64,000 nt of DNA from Candidatus Bathyarchaeota archaeon (GCA_963775465.1 CAVZIW010000006.1:96001-160000); one strand, 5' to 3'; counted from the first letter of the stretch, positions 10,179 to 19,932 are shown. Notes: generated by a model from the letters alone, not told the origin. Translations and numbers: made by a program.

Positions 10179-10607
10179 ATGATTACGAAAAAATTATTAG
10201 CTTTAATGTTGCTGCTTTTCTGGTTAGCCTCAACAGTACCCTTAGTTACTGCAAATCCTGTTCCTGATTTTAAGCATACTTCTGCCTATTCAGCTAGTTA
10301 CGTAGCATTGATAATTTCGATAGCAGCGATAGCAAGTTCTGCGATTTTTTTGGTAAGGAGAAAAAAGGTTACTAAGGAAAGTCTTCTTTATTTGTTAGCA
10401 TTATCTTGTTGGGTGTCCTATTTTGTGACAGCTATTTATGGAGGCACTTATTCTGTTGCGGTAGCGATAGGTCATAAGATTACGGGATTTGGTTACGTAA
10501 CAATGGTTATCATTTACTTGACAATGATTATCACATTGATAGCAATTGCATATTCAGGCTATTTGATAATAAAAAGAAGGAGCTATCGAGTAAGCAGTTT
10601 TCTCTGA
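10179..10607 (+). CDS. Small multi-pass membrane protein
   Basis: Signal-like N-terminus (..VTANP) and three hydrophobic helices. Confidence 0.65.
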   Translation: MITKKLLALMLLLFWLASTVPLVTANPVPDFKHTSAYSASYVALIISIAAIASSAIFLVRRKKVTKESLLYLLALSCWVSYFVTAIYGGTYSVAVAIGHKITGFGYVTMVIIYLTMIITLIAIAYSGYLIIKRRSYRVSSFL

Positions 10608-10659
10608 GTTGTTTTATAAATTTAATAATCTAGTTTGTTTATGCTTAGATTAGTTGGTA

Positions 10660-11019
10660 ATGTCTGATAAAGTGATAATGGAAAAAGGTGGACATAAGCT
10701 TCTTGAAGATAGATTTGTTTCAAGAGATAGAGAAGAATATTTCATTAGGGATATGAAGTGTGCTTCTTTGGTTGAGAAGAGGTCCTTTGGCGGGTTAAAA
10801 GGTGGATATTACTTGTCTATTGAGTTTTGGAATGGGGAAAGTAAGGATTTTTGGTTTAGACATAGGCTTCCATTAAAGCAGGTATATGGTGCTTATTTTA
10901 CCCCAAGTTTTAAACCACTTAACTATAAAGTGGTTTCAGCTATGGCGCGTGAGGTTTCAGTAATAATTCTTGAATGGGCTGAGAAAATTAATGAGCTGAT
11001 TAATGCTAAAAAACCTTAG
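10660..11019 (+). CDS. Hypothetical protein (possible PH-like fold)
   Basis: Beta-rich ORF ending in EWAEKINEL helix typical of PH-like domains; function unknown. Confidence 0.5.
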   Translation: MSDKVIMEKGGHKLLEDRFVSRDREEYFIRDMKCASLVEKRSFGGLKGGYYLSIEFWNGESKDFWFRHRLPLKQVYGAYFTPSFKPLNYKVVSAMAREVSVIILEWAEKINELINAKKP

Positions 11020-11152
11020 TTTTCTCTTGTTAATTCCCTAATCAAGAAACCTGACAAAACCGTTTTTAATTTTGAACAGCTAGAAACCTTGCAATCAATT
11101 CAAACAAATGTTTTAAGCTCTAAACTGCATAACTACAACAGAGGATAAATTA

Positions 11153-11926
11153 TTGGAAAACAAAAATCTCCAAAGTGAACTCTCCATCGGTGAAATATTG
11201 TCACAGACTTTCAATTTGTATTCCCGAAATCTTTTACAGTATTTAATTCCGTTTTTAGCAGCAGGTATACTGACTGGATTAGTAACAGTATTTGTGAGGT
11301 TAGCCGTAGTTATTCCCGCAGCACCAGTACATCCAACGTCGCAGCAACTTTTAACATGGTTTCCAACTTTTGTGATTTCAACCTTAACGTCTTTATCTCT
11401 GTCGGGAATAGTAGGCTGGATCACTTCTAGCATTACTGCCGGAGTCGCGATAAAGTTTACTTCTGATATGGTAGAGAAAGGGCAGGCAAACTTGCAGACA
11501 TCCTTCAATTTCACTTTGACAAAGTTACTTTCCTTATTGGCAGCAAGCATTATCACAGGTGTACTTATCCTTCTCGGATTTGTTGCGTTAATTATCCCCG
11601 GCGTAATCCTTTCTTTGATGTTTTCGCTTGTTTATCCAGTCATAATGCTTGAGGGCACAGGCGTTATGGGGAGCATCTCTAGAAGCCGCGTTCTTGTTAG
11701 CAATAGATGGTTAAACACCTTCGTTTTAATGCTTTTGATTGGACTTATTGTTGGTATAGCAAACGGTGTATTCGTATTAGTTGCCTCTCCATTTGGCGTA
11801 ATCGGTCCCCTTATAGCGGGCGTTTTGACGGCTCTCATTACACCGATCTTCGCAATAGCCATAACCCTCTACTACTATTCGATGAAAGCAAGAGCATTGC
11901 CTCCGCCGCCTCCACCGCTAACGTAA
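11153..11926 (+). CDS. Integral membrane protein (glycerophosphodiester phosphodiesterase membrane-domain-like)
   Basis: LSIGEILSQTFNLY start, LIIPGVILSL..PVIMLE..SISRSRVLV pattern, six TM helices, poly-Pro tail. Confidence 0.75.
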   Translation: MENKNLQSELSIGEILSQTFNLYSRNLLQYLIPFLAAGILTGLVTVFVRLAVVIPAAPVHPTSQQLLTWFPTFVISTLTSLSLSGIVGWITSSITAGVAIKFTSDMVEKGQANLQTSFNFTLTKLLSLLAASIITGVLILLGFVALIIPGVILSLMFSLVYPVIMLEGTGVMGSISRSRVLVSNRWLNTFVLMLLIGLIVGIANGVFVLVASPFGVIGPLIAGVLTALITPIFAIAITLYYYSMKARALPPPPPPLT

Positions 11927-12041
11927 CCCTTCTACGAGTTGTTGATAGTATAGATTTCTTGACTTGGAAAAGTAGGCTTAGTTTAGATTCCTTGACAAGA
12001 ATGCTTTTATCATAAATGCTTCCAACAATGGATTGGTTCCA

Positions 12042-13565
12042 ATGAACAAAGCTTTGGCCATAGCCTTTGTTCTCGTCCTTTTTGTTTTCTCATCAATTGA
12101 TTTTCTGCCTATCAATGCTGAAGGCCAAACCATTGTGGTGCCAGACGACTATCTGAAAATAGCTAGCGCAATTTCAAAGGCCGCCAGCGGTGATACAATA
12201 TATGTTAAAAATGGAATATACTCAGAAACATCGTTAGTGATAAACAAATCAATTTCGCTTATAGGAGAAAACGTTAAATCAACATTAATCACTTTGGACT
12301 CCCCAAGCTACGAAGAAATAAACTTCATGCTAGTACCAGTACGTTTGTATGGCCCAGCAATGACAGTTAATTCTGACAACTTCATACTATCCAATTTCAC
12401 AATCACGACGACAGGCGGTGACATTTCTATCATTGGAAACAAATCACAAATAACAGGAAATTTCATAATCGCAGACTTATCAATTCAAGGCTCATACATA
12501 GACGTTTTAGAAAACACACTCACACGAAAAACACCTAATGGATTATCCGTTGCTGGAAACTGGTGCAACATTTCAGCCAACCATGCAACTGATATGTTGA
12601 GTGTCAGTGGCCGGAACAATATTGTTTCATTTAACAACATCAGTGGCAGCCTAAGTGTATCAACTGACAATTCCTTCATCTACCAAAACAACCTCAACAG
12701 TGAACAATACGGAGAATTCAGCGTCCAAGGCAATAACAATATCATCCGCAAAAACACCGCTGATCATTTAAGATTCGGCTTAGCAGTAAGCGGTTCCAAC
12801 AACCAGGCTCTATTAAACCAGATAACAAATTGCCAAATGGGTATCTCTCCGAGCGCAGGCAACACATACTACGCTAATTACATTGCAAACACCGCATGGC
12901 CCATCAATCCCATGAACAAAATAATTAATCCAGATGGCAACTCTAGCGTTCTAATTCATAATAATTTCGTAAACAACCAATACTACCAAGTCACGAGTCT
13001 GGTAATGCCAAACACAACAGACTATTTTGACAACGGCAAAGAAGGAAACTACTGGAGCGATTACAACGGAACCGACAATAACGGCGACGGGTTGGGCGAT
13101 ATAGCGTTTTATCTAGACCCCACTCATCTAGATCGCTATCCTCTTATCGCTCCTTTCAACCTCTCCAAAGTAGCCGAATTGATCCCTGACTGGCTGCTCA
13201 TACCTTCAGTGCAATTAATCCATCCAAAAAACATTTCTTATTCAATCGAAAATGTAACTATAACTTTTGTTACGAATAAGCAAGTTTCATGGATAGGCTA
13301 CAGCATAGATGGTCAGAATAACATTACAATTTCAGGAAACACCACAATCGCGGTGTCGTCAAATGGCTTACACAATCTCACTGTCTACGCTCGCGACATT
13401 TATGGTAATACGGGTGAATCTAAGCTAGTTAACTTTAAAGTTGCTATTTCTGAGCCTTTTCCTGTTTTGTCTGTTGCTGTAGTTTCCTTGGCAGGCGTCT
13501 TGGTCGTGGCTGGTTTGCTGATCTACTTCAAGAAACGCAAAAAAAGCAATTTACTTCTTCCTTAA
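12042..13565 (+). CDS. NosD/beta-helix surface protein with Ig-like domain and C-terminal anchor
   Basis: TIVVPDDY..GDTIYVKNGIY, GNYWSDYNGTDNNGDGLGD, GLHNLTVYARD, EPFP-TM-YFKKRK. Confidence 0.9.
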   Translation: MNKALAIAFVLVLFVFSSIDFLPINAEGQTIVVPDDYLKIASAISKAASGDTIYVKNGIYSETSLVINKSISLIGENVKSTLITLDSPSYEEINFMLVPVRLYGPAMTVNSDNFILSNFTITTTGGDISIIGNKSQITGNFIIADLSIQGSYIDVLENTLTRKTPNGLSVAGNWCNISANHATDMLSVSGRNNIVSFNNISGSLSVSTDNSFIYQNNLNSEQYGEFSVQGNNNIIRKNTADHLRFGLAVSGSNNQALLNQITNCQMGISPSAGNTYYANYIANTAWPINPMNKIINPDGNSSVLIHNNFVNNQYYQVTSLVMPNTTDYFDNGKEGNYWSDYNGTDNNGDGLGDIAFYLDPTHLDRYPLIAPFNLSKVAELIPDWLLIPSVQLIHPKNISYSIENVTITFVTNKQVSWIGYSIDGQNNITISGNTTIAVSSNGLHNLTVYARDIYGNTGESKLVNFKVAISEPFPVLSVAVVSLAGVLVVAGLLIYFKKRKKSNLLLP

Positions 13566-13955
13566 GACAGTTATTCTGTGAAAACTTTCAGTCAACAGCT
13601 ACAATTTACAAAGCTTCAGCAACTACAATAAAAACCCAAGAAATTTTTTTGAAGTCCAGAGGGATCAAAAACAAGAAAATCCTAAGCTCCTTTTCAAATC
13701 AATAACTAAAATACAAAGCTCAACTCTATTTCCACACCAAAACATTGAAATCTACATTGCTCCATTTTTGCCATGGGCAATGAGAAAATCGAGGTACGAT
13801 GAAGCTGAAAGTGGGGAATAAAGACGCTGGAGGCTTGTGAATACTTTTTCCGCTATTGAGCCCACTTGACTTCTTTGGTGTTCCAGGTTTGGAACGATTC
13901 GTTCCGTAAATAGAACTAAATCACTGTTAACCTACCAATCAAACAGTGGCTCTAT

Positions 13956-14966
13956 ATGAGTACATTTCGCGAAAAATATGCAAGCTCCACTCGATTCTGG
14001 ATTTTAATTCTAATCTCAGTCTATCTTGCATACGCCCTATACTTCGCAATTTACGGGCTCCAATTCAGTCTCCAACTAACCAACGACCAATACGTGTTCG
14101 GCTTAGTGTCCAAGGATCCATGGTGGTGGCAAATTCTCTACTACAGCAGCGAAGGCATAGCAGGCTCAGTGGCAATTGTACTAAGAGCATTTGCAGGCAT
14201 ATTCGCCTTCTACGCAGCGTTTCAATACTGGCGAAAAGGCAACAACGCAATGCCCAGCATCAGAAAAAATGTTTCAAGAACCCTACTCTTAGAAGGCGGA
14301 TTCTTTTTAGCCCTCATACCAAGCATAATCGCAGCCTTCGCATACAACATAACCAGCGAATACCTCTTCTATTTCGATCACACGCCAGAAAAAATTTTAC
14401 TTTTCGGAACCGCTATCCCCTGCTTGGCAATTGTTATCGTGATTCCAGCTCTGTTACTTAAACTACGAGTAAACATCAAAAACAATTCCCCCACCCAAGA
14501 AATTCTCAAATGGAGTAGTCTAACCGGCATAGCCTACCTGTTCGTTGTCTTCTGGTTCAACTACACAATGCTATGGGCCGCCTCTATGGTTCCATATCCA
14601 CGCGCCTACGAAGTCTACGGTTTAGATTTTCTACTCCAACCCACCAACCTGCTGAGTTTTGGACTCACCATCTTTGGACTACTTGCCATAGCCATAACCG
14701 CTCTGATCACCTTGTTACCCGCAATCAAAAAACAAACCAGTCAGCTCAACCTCACCCGAATCGGCGCAATCATGGTGGCCTTTGGCAGTTACTTTCTCTT
14801 CAACACTCTCTACTACAGTCTCACCGGAGGCTACGAAGCTCATCCCAGCGTCTGGTACGAAGTCATTGGACCCCTCCATAACCCAAATCTTTGGGCTTTA
14901 GCTTTCGTTTTCCTTGGTATTCCACTGATAATACAAAGTAGACTCAAAAAAAGTCAATTAAATTAG
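13956..14966 (+). CDS. Polytopic membrane protein, unknown function
   Basis: 336 aa with about 8 hydrophobic helices. Confidence 0.75.
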   Translation: MSTFREKYASSTRFWILILISVYLAYALYFAIYGLQFSLQLTNDQYVFGLVSKDPWWWQILYYSSEGIAGSVAIVLRAFAGIFAFYAAFQYWRKGNNAMPSIRKNVSRTLLLEGGFFLALIPSIIAAFAYNITSEYLFYFDHTPEKILLFGTAIPCLAIVIVIPALLLKLRVNIKNNSPTQEILKWSSLTGIAYLFVVFWFNYTMLWAASMVPYPRAYEVYGLDFLLQPTNLLSFGLTIFGLLAIAITALITLLPAIKKQTSQLNLTRIGAIMVAFGSYFLFNTLYYSLTGGYEAHPSVWYEVIGPLHNPNLWALAFVFLGIPLIIQSRLKKSQLN

Positions 14967-15036
14967 TAAAAAAATTTAGAAACTGTAAACTATCTTATTG
15001 TGGGTTTCAAAGAAAGGGCTGGGATGAAGCTCTTGC

Positions 15037-15261
15037 TTAGTATGGATCTTTTTTACCAGTCATGTACGCCCAGACGCTAACAAGCACAACAGTCAGACAT
15101 GCGCCCGCGAAACCTGAAATGATAAAGCTTGTTGCACCGCCGAGCAATGGTAAAACTGCCAGAAGCCACGGAATTAGGTATACTGCAGTGACCTGTGCAA
15201 TAACGCCAGCTAGGAAACCCAAAATGGCAATTATGCCAAATACTTTTACTCTACTGTTCAT
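15037..15261 (-). CDS. Small two-TM membrane protein divergent from cdv operon
   Basis: GGTGA RBS upstream; two Gly/Ala-rich TM helices. Confidence 0.7.
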   Translation of the reverse strand: MNSRVKVFGIIAILGFLAGVIAQVTAVYLIPWLLAVLPLLGGATSFIISGFAGACLTVVLVSVWAYMTGKKDPY

Positions 15262-15485
15262 TTAATTCACCTTTTGTTTTAGGATAGTTCTCGTTTCTTT
15301 TTAGGTTTAGAGACATTTTTCTGTTATAAAGTGTTTAGCGCTTGTTGCACGTTTAACTGTAAGAGTTAAAGCTTAATGGGCTTTTTACAAGCGTGTATAG
15401 CTGTACGTATATACGTCCATATTTCACCCATATTAACAATGTATAATTCATTTTTCCACATCTTACGGATGCAGAGGTAATCAAA

Positions 15486-16145
15486 TTGTCAGAAAGATTC
15501 GCTAAAAAGTGGGAAAGTAAACGGGAAGATGAACCCTTCACTAACCGCATTAAAGACGCTGTTAAGCCACCAGGACCATTAAAACCGCGACTTGACTTTG
15601 CAGTCAGACGCATTGAACTCCAAGTCCAAAAACTCGACCAAGCAACAGACCGTTTCGGCCAAAGAGACAAAGCAATCTTCGCACGTATAGTCGACGCCTA
15701 CACAAAACACGACAGTTCACGCGCAAATGTCTTCGCAAACGAACTCGCCGAAGTCAGGAAAATGTCAAAGTTAATCATGAATGCTAAACTTGCTCTTGAG
15801 CAAATCACATTAAGATTACGAACAGTATCAGAACTAGGCGATGTAGTATCTACTCTTGGTCCAGCCGTAGGAGTTCTACGTTCAGTCAGAGCAGGCCTAA
15901 CAAGTGTATTCCCAGAAGCCGAAAATGAACTAGGTGAAATCGGCAACATGTTAAGCGGCATCATGATTGAAGCAGGCCAAGGCAGCGGAATGACTCTCAA
16001 CTTCGACACAGTCAACGAGGACGCATCAAAGATTCTTATGGAAGCATCAACAGTAGCAGAACAAAAGATCAAAGACAAATTCCCAGATCTGCCCCCAGGA
16101 ATGCCAACAACCCCCGCTTCTCAAGCAGAGAAAACCACATTCTAA
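15486..16145 (+). CDS. ESCRT-III/Snf7-family protein (CdvB1/B2-like paralogue)
   Basis: Snf7 core ANELAEVRK..LALEQITLRLRT..GD; C-terminal FPDLP MIM2-like motif; no winged helix. Confidence 0.9.
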   Translation: MSERFAKKWESKREDEPFTNRIKDAVKPPGPLKPRLDFAVRRIELQVQKLDQATDRFGQRDKAIFARIVDAYTKHDSSRANVFANELAEVRKMSKLIMNAKLALEQITLRLRTVSELGDVVSTLGPAVGVLRSVRAGLTSVFPEAENELGEIGNMLSGIMIEAGQGSGMTLNFDTVNEDASKILMEASTVAEQKIKDKFPDLPPGMPTTPASQAEKTTF

Positions 16146-16169
16146 GATAAGGAGGAAAAAACAACAAAA

Positions 16170-16892
16170 ATGTCTAACTCCAATCTTTTTCTTTCTATTG
16201 GTAAACCAATAAAGAATGAATACGGACGAGTAATAGGTAAAATTGCCTCATTCGCACTTACTCCAAACGGCAAATTCGAAGCAGTTTACGTCGAATTTGG
16301 TGACGGTCAATTCACAAAACAGCCCATGGAAAGTCTAAAGTTTAATGGCGCTGAAATCACATATGTGTCAAGAATCAAAAATCAAGCAGGTACCCTTTGC
16401 GACCAAATCCCCCTAATCTGGCGCAAAGACGGTGCTCTAAAAGACCTGATGGACGCTAAAAAGATCACTCCCGAAATCTACAAAGACCTCCACAACAGCT
16501 TCGAGAACGTTCTTTCACAACTCAAAAACGAAGCTCAAATAATAGTCGATGACGCCGCCGTTGAAATCGAGCGCTGCAACGAAGAAGTAACTTCACTAAG
16601 CTACGCTATCGCAAACCTAGAAATTGAGCATGAAATCGGCAAAGTAGATGAAGAAACCTACAAACAAGCCTTTGTACTACTTCAAGAAACTCTGAAACGC
16701 GCAACTTCAGAAAGAACTGACTTTGAATTAACAAAAAGTAGACTCTCAAGCGTACTGCTCGGCGATCAATCACAAACACCACCACCAAAAACAAACAAAG
16801 TCTTTGCTGAACAAACTCCAAATACCGCAACTAAGTTGCCAGAGCCTCCCGTTGTCGTCTACGTGAAAGAAGCTGGAAAAACCGGAATTTAA
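16170..16892 (+). CDS. cdvA: CdvA-like cell division protein
   Basis: PRC-barrel start IGKPIKNEYGRVIG, coiled coil, IGKVDEETY motif, C-terminal PVVVYV strand; position in operon. Confidence 0.85.
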   Translation: MSNSNLFLSIGKPIKNEYGRVIGKIASFALTPNGKFEAVYVEFGDGQFTKQPMESLKFNGAEITYVSRIKNQAGTLCDQIPLIWRKDGALKDLMDAKKITPEIYKDLHNSFENVLSQLKNEAQIIVDDAAVEIERCNEEVTSLSYAIANLEIEHEIGKVDEETYKQAFVLLQETLKRATSERTDFELTKSRLSSVLLGDQSQTPPPKTNKVFAEQTPNTATKLPEPPVVVYVKEAGKTGI

Positions 16893-16932
16893 TCATCAAA
16901 AGTGACAACGTAGGAGACGAGGGACACCAAAA

Positions 16933-17823
16933 ATGGGCTTTACAAACTCAAACCCTCCTCCTATACGTGAAGTTGCCACAAAATCTATTTCTACTCTAAG
17001 AGTTCAACAAAACAAGTTAGACCAAGCTAGCTACCGCTTAAAAGAGCGGGACCGTATTCTTTTTGAAACTTGCATGTTCGCATTAAAAAAGAACAACAAA
17101 GAAAAAGCTGCAATGTGCGCCACCGAAATTGCAGAAGTCCGAAAACTCGTAAAGTTTCTCTACAACGTCCAATTGGCAATTGAACGAGTCGTGCTGCGTC
17201 TTGAAACCATAAAAGAACTAGGCGACATTGTAGCTGATCTTAAACCCGCCTTAAAACTACTACAAGGCGTTTCTCAAGAACTATTCCAAGTTTTACCTGA
17301 TGTAAGCTCAGAATTAAACAACGTTAACCAAACAATTCAAGACACCCTAAGCGTCACCAAGATATCCTCAGACGAGAATTTGATCCCTGTCGGCAGAAAA
17401 ACCGAGGGTGGCGAAGAAATCCTAAAAGAAGTCTCGTGCTTCATGGAGCAAAAACTAACCGAAACGTTACCTGAACCCCCAGTCGAGGCTGCAGTTAAAG
17501 AAAAGACAGAAAAAACGCCAATACGCGAGATGGTAGCCTTAACAGCATCCTCATCACAAGTATTTGGTCGCAAAACCACTGAAGAAGTAGGTTTTGATCC
17601 AGAAAAAGCATTATTCTCTTACAAAAAATCTGAAGTTAAAGAGTTCTCACTTAAAGTTCAAAAACCCAATCTGGAAGACGTACTTTTAGAATATGTACGA
17701 AAAACTAACGGGGAAATCGACTTAGGTCAATGCAGCAGCGAATTAGAAACATCCAATGAAGAAATCGAACGTGCCCTGGAAGGTTTGGGTGCCAAGGGCA
17801 AAATCAGAATTGAATTGCGATAG
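16933..17823 (+). CDS. cdvB: ESCRT-III CdvB with C-terminal winged helix
   Basis: Snf7 core, LPEPP MIM2-like motif, C-terminal LLEYVRKTNGEID..LGAKGKI winged helix. Confidence 0.88.
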   Translation: MGFTNSNPPPIREVATKSISTLRVQQNKLDQASYRLKERDRILFETCMFALKKNNKEKAAMCATEIAEVRKLVKFLYNVQLAIERVVLRLETIKELGDIVADLKPALKLLQGVSQELFQVLPDVSSELNNVNQTIQDTLSVTKISSDENLIPVGRKTEGGEEILKEVSCFMEQKLTETLPEPPVEAAVKEKTEKTPIREMVALTASSSQVFGRKTTEEVGFDPEKALFSYKKSEVKEFSLKVQKPNLEDVLLEYVRKTNGEIDLGQCSSELETSNEEIERALEGLGAKGKIRIELR

Positions 17824-17856
17824 ATAAAAATCAAGAGAAGGAGAGAGAAAAAAACA

Positions 17857-19041
17857 ATGAGCGCTTCAAACGAATTAGAAAAAGCAGCAACAGCATACGC
17901 ACTAGACGCTGTACGATTAGATAAACAGGGGCAAAAAGGCAGAGCAATAACCCTCTACCAAAAAGCGATTGAAAGTCTTCTGCAACTCGTCCAACTATAC
18001 CCCGAATACGGGTTGAATAAAGTCTATGTGCAGCGAGCGATCGCTTACCAGGAACGTATCAAGTCATTACAAGGCACGGTTTCTTCAAACGAGATGAACC
18101 AAGCAATAAACAATGACAATGAAGGTGGTAGTGGAGCAACCATGGAAGGCAATGGAAACGGTAACGGAAAACCAAATGAAGAGCTCGTAGTTACAGAAAA
18201 ACCCAAAGTTAACTGGACCGAAGTAATCGGTTTAGATACAGCCAAAAAAGCAGTTAAAGAAGCCATTGTATACCCAGTGCAGCGACCAGACTTGTTCCCG
18301 CTCGGATGGCCACGCGGAATCTTACTTTTTGGTCCTCCTGGGTGCGGCAAAACACTTCTTGCAGCTGCAGTTGCAACTGAGATCGACGCAAACTTCTATT
18401 CCATAGATGCAGCTTCAATCATGTCCAAATGGCTCGGCGAAGCAGAACAAAACGTAGCAAAACTGTTTAACAGTGCCCGGAAATCCTCCAACGAAGGCAA
18501 ACCAGCCATCGTTTTCGTAGATGAATTGGACTCACTTATGGGTGCACATACAAACGAGGTTGGAGGCGAAATCCGTGTACGAAACCAATTCCTCAAGGAA
18601 ATGGACGGCATTATGGACAAAGGTAAAGCATTACACGTTTACGTGATTGGTGCAACTAACAAGCCGTGGGATTTAGATTGGGCATTTATTCGGCGTTTCC
18701 AGAAACGTATCTTGGTTCCGCTGGCAGATCATGGTACACGTCTTAGCATGCTCAAGTTATACTCAAGTAACCTACAGATTGCAGCAGATGTAGACTTGCA
18801 TGAGTTAGCTCGCCTAGCAGAAGGCTTCTCAGGAAGCGACATACGTGATGTATGTCAATCAGCACAGCTTAAACTCATAGGAGAATTCTTCGAATCCGGT
18901 AAAGCAATGGACAGAGAAGCAAAACCTCGACCATTAACGATGGCAGACTTCCGGCAAATCCTCGAAGAACGCAAACCTTCAGTCTCGCTCGACATGCTTT
19001 CACAATACAACCGATGGTTCGAAGCATTTAAAGCACTATAA
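17857..19041 (+). CDS. cdvC: Vps4-type AAA+ ATPase CdvC with MIT domain
   Basis: N-terminal MIT helices, GPPGCGKT Walker A, SKWLGE pore loop, FVDE Walker B, RRFQKR arginine fingers. Confidence 0.95.
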   Translation: MSASNELEKAATAYALDAVRLDKQGQKGRAITLYQKAIESLLQLVQLYPEYGLNKVYVQRAIAYQERIKSLQGTVSSNEMNQAINNDNEGGSGATMEGNGNGNGKPNEELVVTEKPKVNWTEVIGLDTAKKAVKEAIVYPVQRPDLFPLGWPRGILLFGPPGCGKTLLAAAVATEIDANFYSIDAASIMSKWLGEAEQNVAKLFNSARKSSNEGKPAIVFVDELDSLMGAHTNEVGGEIRVRNQFLKEMDGIMDKGKALHVYVIGATNKPWDLDWAFIRRFQKRILVPLADHGTRLSMLKLYSSNLQIAADVDLHELARLAEGFSGSDIRDVCQSAQLKLIGEFFESGKAMDREAKPRPLTMADFRQILEERKPSVSLDMLSQYNRWFEAFKAL

Positions 19042-19281
19042 TGGAGGGCAACAAAGAGAACTCTAAAGGATGGGTTGAGTGGAAAGGTTTGGAGAACAAT
19101 TATTTTTAGCACGCTCTCCCCTTCTCCCCCTCAAACAAACCTCCGAACCCCACAAATAACCCATCCAAACCTATTTCTTATCTAATTTGGGTTGAACTCA
19201 ATAATTACCATCTTATTTCCAGCTAAATAACCTATGTAAAGTCAGTAAACTGCACGCCAAAAAACTAAGGTTGTATATGCT

Positions 19282-19761
19282 CTATTGTGTGTTTTTCATT
19301 TCTTCCTTAAACGTCTCTTCCAGCATCTTCTTATTTATTCCAATCTCTTCAGCTAAACGCTTAACTTGTTTTACATAAGTCCGGAATAGACTTTGAAGAA
19401 TTTCAGCTTTTTCGTTTTCTGAAAGTTCTCTCTCCTCAGCCAACAAAAGCGCAAACCACTTTCCAAGGTTAGTGAGCTGATAAGCTTTTATCCAAATGAT
19501 TCTTCCTTCTTTGTCGTTTTTTTCCATGCTTTCGTTTAAAACGCCCAACGACGTTAGAGTTTTGAGATTTTCAATTATGGTTTTGTTAGAGTAGTTTAGT
19601 TTTTTGACAAGGTCTTTCTGGTAGATGTTTTTTGATATACCCTGTTTTAGGCTAAAACGCAAGACGTCTACGCCTGCTTTGGAGCCGAATATGGCGGAGA
19701 GAATTTTGTCTTTTTTTTCCATTGGAAGAAATACTACATATGGATGTAACTTTTCGGTCAC
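19282..19761 (-). CDS. Winged-HTH putative transcription regulator
   Basis: YQKDLVKKLNYSNKTIIENLKTLTSLGVL..YQLT wHTH pattern. Confidence 0.75.
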   Translation of the reverse strand: MTEKLHPYVVFLPMEKKDKILSAIFGSKAGVDVLRFSLKQGISKNIYQKDLVKKLNYSNKTIIENLKTLTSLGVLNESMEKNDKEGRIIWIKAYQLTNLGKWFALLLAEERELSENEKAEILQSLFRTYVKQVKRLAEEIGINKKMLEETFKEEMKNTQ

Positions 19762-19932
19762 AATGTTCCCTTTCTAAACGGATAGTCAGCGTTTTTACAT
19801 TTAAAAATATTGCTTCTTCCTCTCAATGTAAATAGTGTACAAAAAGCTAGAAGATTTAGGTGCAATTTAGAAAAACAATTTTATACTCCAAAGCTCCATT
19901 GATGAAGTTAACCCGAGAAGGCAAGATTTCAT

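Noticed and set aside
9804-13541. TCAAGAAAC inside the 3' ends of both NosD genes as extra copies of the palindrome
   Set aside because: Explained by FKKRK coding and lacks the right half-site; not counted as sites
13856-13871. ATTGAG CCCA CTTGAC as another palindrome copy
   Set aside because: Left arm too degenerate and no adjacent BRE/TATA
8500-14000. Integron attC sites in the accessory array
   Set aside because: No convincing RYYYAAC..GTTRRRY hairpins and no IntI; the recurring element is a short palindrome instead
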